Shown here: positions 1 to 28,746 of the stretch, one piece after another | Position numbering within the stretch: position 1 is the stretch's first letter | How the letters are laid out: each line of letters starts with the position of its first letter | Translations under genes and position numbers: made by a program | Notes under the pieces: model-generated | What the model saw: the letters and a program-made list of their open reading frames with translations, nothing else | Database searches by the model: none | What the model was told of the DNA's origin: nothing | Origin: Chrysomallon squamiferum | Lineage: Eukaryota > Animalia > Mollusca | Assembly (NCBI GenBank): GCA_012295275.1 | Contig: CM022666.1 | Span: 14,260,001 to 14,324,000 of the forward strand | Direction of reading: 5' to 3' | Length of the DNA stretch: 64,000 nt

Positions 1-721
1 AACTCTGCACCTGACAGAAACACGACACACAACCTATTTCTGAGTACAGCTTTGTCTTACTGTTTACACAGAACCGAGTTTGGTCGATTGCGTCTCTTCA
101 AAACAATCTTTCTTACACTCAGATCCAGAAGACTAACGATTGCTGACAGCGAAACTCAATAAAGTAAACACTGAAGAGAAACAGCGAGCGACTTTTAAGT
201 ATTTTCTTTTAGACGAAAGAAAACAAGAGTCGACAAGTGACTCCGTGATACCAACGTACCGGAAGTATTGGTCACTGAACGATTAAGCTCTGTCTTTTGT
301 AGCGATTCTGTTATCAGTACGAGAAATGATTTTTCTTTCTAGTGTGGTTAAAAATGTCGTAAAGGAGAGTTGTATTGGCTATTGAGCGGCCAGGGTGTCG
401 GGTTCGGATTCTATATCATCATGGCTTCGTCATTTGAAGGTCGTTTTTGAGTCGTGCCTGTTTTGATAATCGAGCAGCTAGATATTGAAAACCATTAATC
501 TTTTCACGTGTGTTAATACCTAGTTGCCACGATCACTTGTCCCTTTTTTGTACATACCTGATCTATGAGACATTGGTTATCGTTAACCTTGTTTTCATTG
601 CTTATTTTGTTTAGTTGTTTATTTGTTTATATTTTGTTTTCTTTGTTGTTTTCTTGGTGTGGATTGTTATTTGTTGTTGATGTTTGTGTGTTATTTTTAA
701 GATTTTGATGATGACGGAATG

Positions 722-757
<36 letters not shown>

Positions 758-859
758 TTATTTTATTATTTTATTATTATTTTACTATTTTTTTTTGGAG
801 GGTTGTTGCTATTACCGTGTGTACGCCCGCGCATGTGTATGTGAATGTGTGTGTTAGAG

Positions 860-971
<112 letters not shown>

Positions 972-1095
972 CTGCTTTTATTTCCGTAATTCTCAACATA
1001 AAATCATTTTTCTTCAGATATAAAATAACATAGTTCCTATTATTGTCATGCTTGCTTGTGCGTGTTCGTTCATGTACGCATATCTATCCATCTAT

Positions 1096-1133
<38 letters not shown>

Positions 1134-1618
1134 CACACATATATGTATATTATTTTTCTGTAAAGCATCAGTTATCAAATATAAAATAAATCTTTATTCG
1201 ATATTAAAATGAACAAAAGATCTGAAGAACCGTTACAGTTATCGTCTATTAAAAACCAGGTCAAATACTTTCATATTTATAATGTATTGAAATATATTTG
1301 AAACCCCGTTTCATTCACTGAACTTCATAATCTACATCAAAGACAATTATTAATTTTTTTTTTCTAAATAAATCCATATCAAATATGAAACTGCTCAAGC
1401 GTGCAATCAGCAATCGATCTGTCATTAACTTCTGTTGTATTAAAAAGTTTACCCGGTGACTGTTGTTCTGTTTAATTATTTTACCCATGTAATCGAGAAA
1501 CACTTGATCGTTAAGTACAAAGTTCTGAACTGTGTAATCAAAAAACTGTCATCATTTCATAGCCGTTGACGTTAGTGAAAAGTGACTGCATTCGTGTGAA
1601 GTCATTCACCGATAGGAC

Positions 1619-1950
1619 GGTTGTAGGAAAAAATGGCACCTGGAACAAATGGCACTGTGCAGATTTTGAAAAAATGGCACCTATTTTTTTTGTTCTGTAT
1701 AGTTGCTTTGATATAAAAAATTTAAAAGTACTTTTGAAAATACAGTTTATTCAAGCAATATTGTTACATAGATGTATATTAATATATAGCATCACTCAGC
1801 CATTTGGTTTTGCTTAACAAAGTGTACAGTATTATATCAAAGGTCCGGAAAAATGCTAAGGTCAGGTGAAACGAATTTAAATATTAACTCCAAAATTTAC
1901 CAAAATATATAACTTTAGTACACACAGCAGCTATATAACACAGGTTTATT

Positions 1951-1991
<41 letters not shown>

Positions 1992-2116
1992 CAAAGCAAC
2001 TTTATAAAAAAAAAAAAAATAGGGTGCCATTTTTCCCAAATCTGTACAGTGCCATTTCTTCCGGGTGCCATTTCTTCTGGTGCTATTTTTTTCCGGTGCC
2101 ATTTTTTCCGTACGCC
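1619..2116. mobile_element. MITE / non-autonomous DNA transposon with ~100-bp imperfect TIRs built from AAAATGGCAC subrepeats
   Basis: The left end ggttgtaggaaaaaatggcacc...tagttgctttgat matches the reverse complement of the right end atcaaagcaact...ggtgccattttttccgtacgcc. Termini are GG...CC, flanked by GAC (1616-1618 and 2117-2119), a possible 3-bp TSD. Confidence 0.8.
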
Positions 2117-2598
2117 GACACGACTACGGCAGGCACGGCGTCTCGAAACGGCATTGACGACGTCTGACCTTTCAGTCGCTGAAGGAAGTGAGTTAATGGA
2201 AATGTCAGGGTCCTCTGGGTTAAGCAGAGAGCGGAATGGATCGCTAACAGAATCAGATCAGATTGTGTTAAACTGTTAATGTGTTTGGAACGTGTATAAA
2301 CACAAAGGACTATGAAGTTTCGTTGTCTTTCAGACAATAGGTGTCTTTCTAGCGACCTCCGTGGCTGATCCAGGCAAATGTAAATACATGTATATATAAT
2401 ACAGAATCACATACCTACGTACATACACGTACAAATACCTACATACATACATACATACATACATACATACATACATACATACATACATACATACATACAT
2501 ACATGCATACATATATATATACAGATTGATAATTATACCATAGAGTCAGAGAGAAAAAAAAAAGAAAATGATTCACTGAGACAGACAGGCAGACAGGT

Positions 2599-2712
<114 letters not shown>

Positions 2713-3431
2713 GAAAAAACAGAGAGCAAATTGAATACAGGAACGAGTGAAAAATGATAGAGCAAGCCCGCGTTTTATTTAACGCTTCTCCATTTAAAAT
2801 GAGTGAACAGATTGCACGATTACAGTAGAATTTAAGTCGCACTTGTAATTTAATTTTCGCTGTAACATTCCCTTCATACTGAGTTACCGAGCGATGGAAC
2901 TCTTGTTATTAGAGTTTAATGAAATTTAAATTTGCGTGCTGTTACGTAACTGTGCAGTAACTCTTCAGTACTTGAAAAAACAAAACATCGTCAGAATTTG
3001 TATAAGAAATGTCAAGGATTTGAGAAAGCATCCTAGCGATTTTCTCACTCAGAAAATTACATTTCTAGGCAAATATTTATTTTATTTCTGACTGGCGACA
3101 AGTGAAAGTAATAAAATAGTTTTAAATGAATATCACATGATTTTTTTTTTTTTATTTGATTTTATTATTATTATTTTTTTTTTTCGTTGTTTTTTCTTTT
3201 CGTTAACCGAAATCTTAGACTTATAAATTTCATTAAAATAAAATAAATTTTAAATTATTATTTTTTTATCATCTTTCGTAGAACTGATTCTTCATCAACT
3301 GAAACCTTGTTAAAAAATCAGGACTGTATTTTCTTTTACTTCTTGTCAAGGAATCTTTCCCCTCTACCCCCTCTCAATTTTTTTTTATTAGTACAAAATT
3401 GAAAATAAATCCAAAATTTGTAATAATAATC

Positions 3432-3479
<48 letters not shown>

Positions 3480-3631
3480 ATAATAATAATAGAAACAGTG
3501 GTAGTATTAGTATTAATAGTAGTAGTAGTAGTAGTAATTGTTGTTGTTGTTGTTGTAGTTCTAGTTGTAGTAGCAGTACTTGTAGTAGTTGTAGTACTTG
3601 AAGTTATAGTTGTAGTAGTAGCAGTTGTCGC

Positions 3632-3665
<34 letters not shown>

Positions 3666-4101
3666 ATTGTAAATAAGTGCTGTATATAGGCAAAATAAAG
3701 GAAATTCATTGCTGTTGTGAACTGAGCATGTAGAAAATAATTTGTGAAAACTCAACTTTGCTATTTCCTCCTTAAGATTATAATCATCGCAATTATTATC
3801 ATTATAACTGATGTTGTTGTTGTGGTTGTTGTTGTTCCATGGTTTTAAGAGTCTAATATTCACCTTGCTACAAAACATTGACCAAAGTTTACAGAATTTT
3901 TTTATTTTTGATTTATTTATTTTTTGTTTTTTACATCCACTAAACATTTTACAGCCAGCAAAGGTCTCTCTGAGTTAATTGAAAACGCTGGTTTGTCGAT
4001 CACGTGTCTTTGAAATATCTGATTGTCGGAGTACAGATCACTGAACTGTGTAATAACTGTACGGTCTGTTTTAAAAGTAATTGTCGGTTGATTCTTTACT
4101 G

Positions 4102-4133
<32 letters not shown>

Positions 4134-4356
4134 GGAACAAGTGTACTTTAATTTTGTATTAAAGCCAGTATTTGTATAATTTGGTGTTAAAACGTAATAC
4201 TTGAATAAATATAAATATAAACAAATACATAAATACATAAAAAAATGAATGAATGAATGAATAAATACATAAAATAAATAAATAAATAAAAGAAATAACG
4301 AAACTAAATAACCAATTAATTAATTTGTAAATTAAATACCTGCGTGTGTTTCAGGA

Positions 4357-4432
<76 letters not shown>

Positions 4433-4599
4433 CTCGTAATGACTGGGAAGAATGGAGAAACGGATGAATGGATGAACCATTAATTAATAGAAGGAATGAA
4501 AGGATGGATGGATAAACTAAGAAATGGATGGACGAATGGACGACGAACGCACGGAGAGACTGAAGAACGGATGACTAAACGGACGCACGGAAGGCGAAC

Positions 4600-4618
4600 T
4601 CAAGGTCAAAAAAGGTCA
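4600..4618 (+). promoter_or_regulatory. Perfect nuclear-receptor DR4 element with overlapping extended half-site
   Basis: AGGTCA(4603-4608)-aaaa-AGGTCA(4613-4618); the first half-site reads TCAAGGTCA (NR5A/ERR type). Confidence 0.3.
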
Positions 4619-5486
4619 TCTTAGCTATTCCTATAACAGCTAATTAGTGATAAAAATAGAAAATAATTTTCTACATTATATACATGATCTTAATAACCTG
4701 CAGTCTTTCTATCAGTGTGCTTGTTATAACTCTTACTGACTTAGCCGTTTCAGAATGCTTTTAATAACGTCGCGTTGTCGCTTTTAATAACGTCAACGCA
4801 GGTCGCGTTGTCGTGTCGCTGTCGCGACGTCAACACCGCAGCAACTGCAGCTTCCTTAATGTCATTTGTTCTGTCTGGCGAGACGATTGCTTGCCGGAAC
4901 TTGACTAGATCACTGGCTGAACGAGGAAGAATTTTGCATGAAAGAGATTCTGTAATATTCCTAGATTTACACTTCGTTGAGTATTAACTGATAAGTATTA
5001 ATTGCCCAGCCGAGTTTGCGGTGTATTCACTTTTAGTGAGATAAGGAGAAGGTTAAGGAAATAGGGAAAGAGATAAAAAAAAAAAATAAATAAAAAAAAA
5101 AAAAAAAAAATTAAATATACTGTTAATTTATGTAGCTGTATCTGTATATCTATCTACCTATGTAGCCAGTTACTTTTGAAGAAAATATGTTAAGGTGGAT
5201 AATTTATGACATGTTTTTTTTTCATACATATATGGAAAGCGATCAGTCAGAAAATCATATCGATCGATCGAATAATCAATCAATCGATCATTCCGTAAAT
5301 CAATCAGTCAGTCAGTCAGTCGGTCAGGCAGTAAGGCAGTCAAAACCTGATGGACTATTATGGTAATACTTTATTGTTATTAAAGTATACGCTCTTTAAG
5401 AAAATAATAATAATATACAATAACAATAACAACAACAATAATAGAAATTATAACAATAACAATAATAATAATAATAATAATAATAA

Positions 5487-5517
<31 letters not shown>

Positions 5518-5739
5518 AAGAAGAAGAAGAAGAAGAAGACGATAAAAAAAAAAAATATCCTAAAGACACACTCATTATATTGAATATCGACTCATACCAA
5601 CAGACATGCGGGTTTTTAATCGTCACGTCTGGGTTCCAAGTTTTTGAAGTGCAAGGTCATTCTAACCTATAGATTTTTGTTTACCTCAAGGAGATGTCTG
5701 CCGGTTTGTCTTGAATAATAAGTTACAGGAATTACTTAC

Positions 5740-5895
5740 GTGTTTCCCAAAGACGGTTAGCTCCAGCAAACTTTCGGAACCGTCTTGTCAACCATTCTTC
5801 AGAATTATCCTTCTTGTCGTTTTTTACGACATTTCCCGAAGTTTGTCGAAGCCGCCTCGTGGAAGAAACACAAAGCTTGTGAGGTTTCGTAATTA
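5740..5895 (-). other. Candidate exon of a minus-strand gene running off the left edge
   Basis: Acceptor ggtttccag| and donor AC|GTAAGT, 156 nt, non-repetitive. One frame is fully open (ITKPHKLCVSSTRRLRQTSGNVVKNDKKDNSEEWLTRRFRKFAGANRLWET). Coding versus UTR status is unresolved. Confidence 0.35.
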
Positions 5896-6281
5896 CTGGA
5901 AACCACACATACGAGTTTAATTTAGTACACTCATTTCAAGTCTGCACAGAATTGTTTTTTAATTTGTGAAACATTTAGGCAAATTAAATTTTTGCGAAAT
6001 TGACTGTGAATCCCATGCCTTCCGTGCTTTAAATTTGTGGTTTTCTAGATTCTGCACTGCAACTGTGTCTGGAATTTCTACTGATACAGTTGTTAGTACT
6101 ACTGCTGTTACTATGATTACAACAACAACTAATATTTTCACTGCTACGGTCGCTACTACTGCTAACAGCTACTACTACTATCGTTATTCAGTTATCATTA
6201 TAAATACTGTTTCTGCTACTGTAATAACTACTACTACTATAGCTACTACGTCTAGTAGCACTAGTCCCATAACACACTCTG

Positions 6282-6427
<146 letters not shown>

Positions 6428-6879
6428 TGTGTGTATCTCATTCAAGGTAAATTACCTTCTTAAGAGATCTCGGTTGTTGTTTTTTTGTTTTGTTGTTGTT
6501 GTTTTTTTCATTTCCTATTGCATCCTTTTGAATGTTGTTAACTTTAGAAAACATATTTTTAAAAATTACTAATTTGCAGCTGTTTCTTTTGACGTCACCG
6601 AGCATAAGAGCGCTTATTTTCACTAGTGAATATTTTCTACGAGTTTGGATCGAATGACGACTCAATATTTTCCTTTCTTTCTTCTTCGTTATTTTTTTTT
6701 TTTTTTTTTTTTTTTTTTTCCCACACAAAAATAATAACAAAAATATTGGAATATTGAAAATATTTTCTCTTCTTATCTTCTCTCACTTTTTATAACTTGT
6801 AAATGGGTTAAAATTCCAACCTCAGCTCACTAATTAAAACATTCTTAAAAATAAAGGAATAAATAAAGGAATTAACGAA

Positions 6880-6910
<31 letters not shown>

Positions 6911-7322
6911 AATAAAATAAAATAAAATAAAATAAAATAAATAAATAAAAAATATAAAAAAACACTGAATGTTGTTTATATTTATAATCTTCTTACAGAC
7001 CGGTTATGACAATGAAGAAGAAGAAGAAGAAGAAGAAGAAGAAGAAGAAGAAAAATTAAATAAATAAAAAAACAAATTTAAAAAAATTCTGAGATTTAAT
7101 TTTTACTAAGATTTAGTAAAAAAAACTCCTGTTATTATTCTTCCTGAAAAATGAGAAAGGCTAGGAAAAAATAAAATAAAATAAAAATAAAATAAGATTT
7201 TGAAACAAAGGAATAATAAAATAAAGATTTAATTGTAAATGTCAAATTTAAGAAAATAATGTCTAAATCAATCAAACAAATGTTTTAGTGTTTTAAAGAT
7301 TTGATTTTATTATCATTATCCC

Positions 7323-7371
<49 letters not shown>

Positions 7372-8388
7372 GCTGTCGTTGTTGTTGTTGTTACTGTTGT
7401 TGTTCTACGCTTTAAATTATAATAATTCACGATCGTCAAAGCATTTCACTGGAGACCCTTAAAAATGAGAACTGGAGGTTATCTCCCCTCGCCATAATTA
7501 ACTGCGATGTAGTGACCTACTTACCACTGATACCGTAGAACCGAAGTGTGATCTTTGTGCAGCTGAAAATAAGATACACTTTAATATTCAGTACAGACGG
7601 CTGGTTACGCAGCAACAAAACCGAATCGTTGCAGACGACATCTTCAAACCAGTACTTATCAGGAGTAAATTGAAATCGAAGTGACAAAAATGGGTTATTC
7701 TGATAATCAGAATTTATCGTCCTTGACTAATGCTGTCTGACGAGTCGCTGTCAGTTATTTTTGTGAAAACGCTCTGATTACGCAACACAGACAAGTCCTC
7801 GTGTAAAGGCGAATAATCACCTTATGCGACGCTGAGATAGAAAATTACATTTCCTTGTTTCTGTTTCTCTACAGATTTCTTCCTCGCTTATTCTGGCAGC
7901 TTGAATACAAAATGAAAATTAAAAACGACGCGAAACGCTTCAGTACCGTATTTGCTCATCTACACGTATAGATTTCTGTCCCGCTTTTCCAGCATTTTAA
8001 ATATAAAACAAAAATTAAACATGACCGTATTTACTGACGTATATGTTTCACTCGTGTGTGTTATTATCATTATTATTATTATTATTATTATTGTTATTAT
8101 TATTATTATTATAATACTAATAACATAAACAAACAAACAAAGAAAGAAACAACAACAAAGAAACAAACAAAAATATCTACTCACATGAAACCCGATCGTA
8201 CTTATATTTTTTACATGTATATTTTATTGTGTTATTATTCAACAGTTTCTGTAATCAAATTTTTTTTTTAAACCACATTTATAAATTATTATAATCAGTA
8301 TAATTTTGAATAAAGTCCCAAGTTTTGAAGGCGCTTGTTCAATAGACGATCTTCTTTCTTTCTTTTCTTTTTCTTTTTCTTTTCTATC

Positions 8389-8425
<37 letters not shown>

Positions 8426-8604
8426 CAACTTTTAAGAAATAATGTAATAATGATTTTTGTCTGTTTTAGTAATCGATACATTTAACATCGTCGTCGTAGA
8501 AACGTAATAAAGTTTAACGAAAACCAGAACTGAAAATTGTCAGTCTATACTTTAACTCTTTAATCAATAAATCTTTAACAAGACTATTCACACAGTTGTA
8601 AAAT

Positions 8605-9090
8605 TACTACTACTATTACTACTACCACTACTACAACTACTACTACTCCTACTCCTACTACTACTACTACTACTACTGCAACTTCTACCACTAATACTAC
8701 TATTGCTGTTGCTGCTACTACTACTAGTATCACTACTACTACTGCTACTACTACTACTACTACTGCTGCTGTTGCTACTACAACTACTACCATTTCTACT
8801 ACAGCTATTACTACTACTAATAATAGTAGCAGTAGAAGTAATGGTAATAGTAGTAGTGGTGATGGTTGTGGTAGTAGAAATAGTGGTAATAGTAGTAGTA
8901 GACTTAATCGTGATGTTAAAACTAGCAGAAGTAATGGTAATAATGGTAACAACAATTAAAATGATTTCCAACCACTACCACCATCATCATAAAAATTACT
9001 ACCACTACTACTACAGCTACTATTACTACTATTACCATTACCATTATTTACAACAACAGCGACTATTACTACAACGATTACTATTATAAC
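8605..9090. repeat. Compound degenerate trinucleotide tract (TAC/TAG/TAA); similar tracts at ~3420-3665, 6095-6260 and 15030-15450
   Basis: Directly visible; the source of the poly-T/V/L/Y/S ORFs. Confidence 0.9.
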
Positions 9091-9136
9091 TGTTACTGAC
9101 ATCATCATAACGTGTGTTTTTTTTAAACATATACAC

Positions 9137-9433
9137 CATAGGTTTTCAACTTGGGGGTCGCCAGCCTTTTTTCTGGGGGTCGCGAGATCGTTCTTGAGCG
9201 AGGGTATGTTTTAGCTTTTTTCAACATGACTTGGAAGGAGGAATAAATAAAAACGTGTAGACAGGTTTGGGACCCGTCATAGTGAACACAGATTCCTTTT
9301 GTACTGTCTTTGGTTGATGAAACTATGGTAACCCTCGATATTATTGAATCAAAAATTTTAAAGTGGGCGGGTCATCGGTCATATTGAGTTGCTCTTAAGG
9401 AGTCGCAGTATGAAAAAAGGTTGAAAACCCGTG
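9137..9433. mobile_element. Non-autonomous hAT (Charlie-like) MITE
   Basis: TIRs cataggttttcaac / gttgaaaacccgtg, internal GGGGGTCGC motifs typical of Charlie-type hAT elements, and a degenerate 8-bp TSD atatacac / atctaaac. Confidence 0.75.
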
Positions 9434-9600
9434 ATCTAAACAGACAGACAGTCATCGTCTTGTTGTGAACCAAATTATTTTACACAAATCCATTATCACC
9501 AGTGAACAATTACGAACGAAAATGTTCTTGCTCGTTTTACTCACGAATTTTGTTTGATCAAAACACGAGCGGTCGTCTACCTTTTATTTTCGGTACTCAC

Positions 9601-9742
9601 CTGTGCATCTTGATGTAATTCATGAAACATGTCGCTAATGGCAATACATTAGCTGTAATTGACAGCATTCTGACTTCCAGAAATTATAATAATAACTGCT
9701 AAATAACGCTAGAGTCGTTAATTTCCAGTAATAATATTTGTG
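9601..9742 (-). other. Candidate upstream (5' UTR or first coding) exon, minus strand
   Basis: Acceptor tatttcctgcag| and a consensus donor CAG|GTGAGT at 9601/9600. Confidence 0.3.
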
Positions 9743-10335
9743 CTGCAGGAAATAGATCAAACTGTGAATTGTAATGTTCTAATTTCTCACTGTTTCGTGT
9801 TTTTGTATTCTTCTTCTTCTTTTCTTTCCGTCTTGTCTTTTGTTTTGTTTCTGTAATTACAGATGAAAAATATACCTGTATAAAATACAAGAGAAGATAT
9901 TGTTTTATGCGTGCGTGACTGACAGACAAATAGAGAGACAGAGACATATATATAGGTGGATGGATGGATGGATGGATAGATACTGAGACAGACTAACATA
10001 TAGACTGACATAATATATATAGAGATAGAAATATAGATAGACAGAAAGACATAGAGACAGACAGTAAGACAGAAAGACAGCCAGACACAGATGGAAAAAT
10101 AGATGTTATAGAATGAAAATAAATAAACAAATAAATAAATAAATAAATAATTAAAAACAACAACAATTTATGTAATAGTAATGCAAATTGGTTTTATTTT
10201 TCAAATTATTTATTAGAAAAGTTACAATTACAACATTATGATACAAATAGTTTTCTATTTTTTTTTTTTTAAACTCTTTTCTAATTCTTACAAATGGATC
10301 CAAGAGTTTTTTTCACACACACACACGCACGCAGA

Positions 10336-10383
<48 letters not shown>

Positions 10384-10402
10384 CACACACAAATACACAG
10401 AG

Positions 10403-10442
<40 letters not shown>

Positions 10443-10714
10443 TTTTAATCTATGTACAAAGACGTGCGCAAGCTTAATGCAATTCATCTACACTTATACA
10501 TTTAATTTCGTTTCCTCAGATATTTTAGTAAGTTTAAAACTGAGTCTCGCCAGACTTGGAGCCACGTGTGGTCAAACTGTGAGACAGATGATTTTAAATA
10601 CTGATTTGGTAAAATTTCGCATTTTTAATTTGTTTAATACTGTAAAAAAGAACTAATACTTTGAATTAATACAGATATTACTCAATTTGGTTTCATGTAA
10701 AACTGTAGATATAA

Positions 10715-10757
<43 letters not shown>

Positions 10758-10779
10758 ATAGATAATAAATAAATAAATT

Positions 10780-10836
<57 letters not shown>

Positions 10837-11389
10837 CAAATAATAATAATAATGACAGATAATTAATTTTAAAATTAATCAGAATGTTTGATACAAATTC
10901 ACAATTCGTTATTGAAAAGTAACTGTTTGAGCAAAGTGAATAAGTAAATGAATAAATGAATAAGTAAATAAATAAATAAATAACATGTACGTAATATGAA
11001 CAAAGAGAATTGATTAATAGCGGAGGCATGTTAAAAATAACATACAAACATTAAATAAATGAGAAAGTCCAGATAAGTGTATACATAGAAACAATATAAA
11101 TAAAAAATAAATAAAAATAAATAAAACAGGTTATATTCATGTTATTTTTCATGACATATTGACAATAGTTATACTTTAAAAATGAAGAAATAAACAAATT
11201 CGACCAGCTTAAACGTAAAAGTGGATGTAAAGCTTATATCACAGATGAGAAACGAGATCAAAGACGTATGTTAATTTCGTTATCACAGTTTCTATATAAA
11301 CTTTAATAGACTCGTATGATGAAGAAAATATTTTAATTTTCTGTTTGAATTGGATATATTCAGAAGATGTGGAAATGTAACTGTTCTTA

Positions 11390-11430
<41 letters not shown>

Positions 11431-11645
11431 GCTAATACCAGTGAGAGTAAGAAAAAAAAAAAAAAAAGCATAGAAAAATGTAGATATAAACAAATTTTTG
11501 GTGTATCTTAGATCTGTTAGACAGGAAAATACTGAAATTTTTATTTTATTTTATATTCATTTTTTATTTATTTATTTTTTTTTTATCTTATTTTATTTTA
11601 TTTATATTATTTATGTATTTTTATTTTATTTTATTTTATTTATAT

Positions 11646-11688
<43 letters not shown>

Positions 11689-12055
11689 TTATTTTTATTT
11701 TATTTTTTAAGTTTAGCGTAATGAATAAAGGAATTTAATAATTTCATTTATTAATATTTATTTGTATTTTATTTTATTTTATTATTTCACCACACATATA
11801 TTGTTTTAATAATTCTTGTCTTTATCACAGAGTTGGAAGATACAACGCCATGTATTAAGTTTATTAAAATAAACTTTACGTTATTTTATTTAGTTTATTT
11901 AAATGTATCAATCTTATTCTCGCATTTTCTTTCTTCTGTTTTGTATAGTTAAAAATTAGCGTTTTTAACAGCAACTATAAAGGTAATTATTATTTCGATT
12001 AGCCGATAATATTTCAAAACTGAACTTACATAATTACCATTTGCGACATTGTACA

Positions 12056-12250
12056 AACATTATACATAGCCAAATGTGCGTTCTTACGGTAGTATTTAGT
12101 GTAACGATTTGCATAGCTATAGGCGAGTTCTAATGGTGTACTTCGCATAACGATTTGAATAGCTAAAGGTGCGTTCTAATGAAATATTTCGGATAACAAT
12201 TTGCATAACTATAGGTGCCTTTCAACGATGACAGTTACCATAACGATTCA
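12056..12250. repeat. ~46-bp degenerate tandem repeat, ~4 copies
   Basis: Recurrent taacgatttg(c/a)atagcta(t/a)agg(t/c)g(c/a)gttctaatg units. Confidence 0.75.
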
Positions 12251-12436
12251 GTAAAAACTGATTCTTAGCACAAAAGTTATTTAAAGGTGAGTGGTAACAA
12301 AAAGTCCTGAAAGCATGAGGCTCCAAGCATTTTTGACATGACCAATTAAAAAGTGTTTTAAATAAAAGTGTTTTCTCTAGATTTCTTCTATTTCTTGTTT
12401 TCTGTTACTTGATAATATTTAAATACACACTGAAAT

Positions 12437-12481
<45 letters not shown>

Positions 12482-13320
12482 GCAACAATAATCCACATTA
12501 TCATCGTTATTTAAATCAACATATCCTGTTTTAGTCAGTATTAAACATTATGAAAAGGTACAAAACACAGCAAGTACAAAATTAATTACAAAAAAAAAAA
12601 AAAAAAAAATAAAATAAAAAATGTAGAAGAAATCTTTTGAAAATTGATAAAACTCGAGGAACCAAAAATAGCTTTTTTCTATGAATTTTCAAAATCATTA
12701 AAGGCGAAAGCGGAAGCAAGGCACACAAAACCGGAAATAACAACGCCATTTTGTTATTGCTACACAGAAAAACAAATCCAAAAAAAAAAAAAAAAAAAAA
12801 TCAAATCAGTCAAACTTAAAAGCAAAACCAGTTCTTTAAATACTCTTGTACGTCTCTCTGTTATCAAAGCTTGATGCTGATGATTAATTATTAACAATAC
12901 CTCAAAGATTCAAATCCTCATACAAGCTATAGAACGAGAAAATATTTACATTATGAACTTTTCGTCAGAAACAGCGTAGTAAGTGGAACAGAAAACTGAA
13001 TATGACTCATATTTATAAGTAGATAAATAAATAAACAAAAAATATATTAATTAAATTTAAAAATTATATATTTACACAGGTATATAAAATAAAAACAAAG
13101 CTTTTAAGCCTTTTTCAAGTTCAAATATACTACTACCCTGTTGCCATTTGTACTGTTCGGTATTTGAATACAATCAGAATTATTTTTAATAACTGATATT
13201 TCAATCAGTTACTAAAACTACATGTTATAAACATTTCCATGGGTTAAGGAATAAAAGAAAATATGCATGATATACTATTTATAATACAATTATTTGAGAG
13301 AAATTATTTAGGGAAGTTGC

Positions 13321-13381
<61 letters not shown>

Positions 13382-14083
13382 GAAAGAAATATTAGTAAAG
13401 AAGTATATTTAATTAATTTTGAACTTAAGTTTCTTTAGAACATAGGAAGTTCCTATTTTAATTTATAACATGCATTACCGTATGTAATCCAAGAAATAAA
13501 TTGTGTCATAAATCCATAAAAATAATTAATAACATGTATTACCAACACACTATATCAAAGAATTAAACTATTTATGACATTGCTGAGTTGTATTAGACAG
13601 CTCATATTATTTAAACAAAAATAATGCTGTACTTTTTCAAGATGATATTAATTCAGAAAACATGAAAGAAATGCATAATAAACAAATGTAATAAAACAAA
13701 TGGGTTAAAGTTGTTAATGTTTAAAAAAATATTGGTTCCAAACAGTCTATTAAAATTATAACTACCATAGTCTGCAACCGACAGTATACAAAGGTTTCAA
13801 TGTTTCCAGATAATAAATAAATAAATATGACATAATTATAAAATAATATATGAAATAAAAAATATATAGTAATATAAAAAAAAAAAAATAATAATATAAA
13901 ATGCATTTAAATGATGTATATGTAGTCTAAAAACCAGTTTATATTTTCAAAATAAATAAAAATAAAAATATTCCGAAATAAAGCAGATCAAAACGAAATT
14001 TCTAGGTAAAAAAAAGTCACTATAGACTGAGTCCAAAAGCGACTCTGTTAAAATCTCAAACACTAGAAAATATATCACAAAGG

Positions 14084-28549
<14,466 letters not shown>

Positions 28550-28575
28550 TTTTATTATTCCTCTTGAGCAAAGCA

Positions 28576-28746
28576 CGCCATATTTAAAACACAGCTACCG
28601 CCATATTAAATCCGCTAGACACACACTGCGGCACTCTAGCCTATTTAGGTACTACTTAACTGCACCGCTCAGTCGCGTAGAATTGCCGCCATGTTGTTTA
28701 CTGGTTGTCAATGGCGGCAGACGACAAGTTGGTGGACAATGGCGCG
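28576..28746. promoter_or_regulatory. Putative promoter of the 14084-28549 gene with clustered YY1-like CGCCATNTT motifs
   Basis: cgccatattt 28576, ccgccatatt 28598, gccgccatgtt 28685, and inverted caatggcggc 28709 and caatggcgcg 28737, within a GC-rich patch immediately upstream of the ATG. Confidence 0.45.

Noticed and set aside
12056-12250. CRISPR-like periodicity here and at 47665-48030 and 54308-54762
   Set aside because: Units are degenerate along their whole length with no unique spacers, there are no cas genes, and the context is eukaryotic
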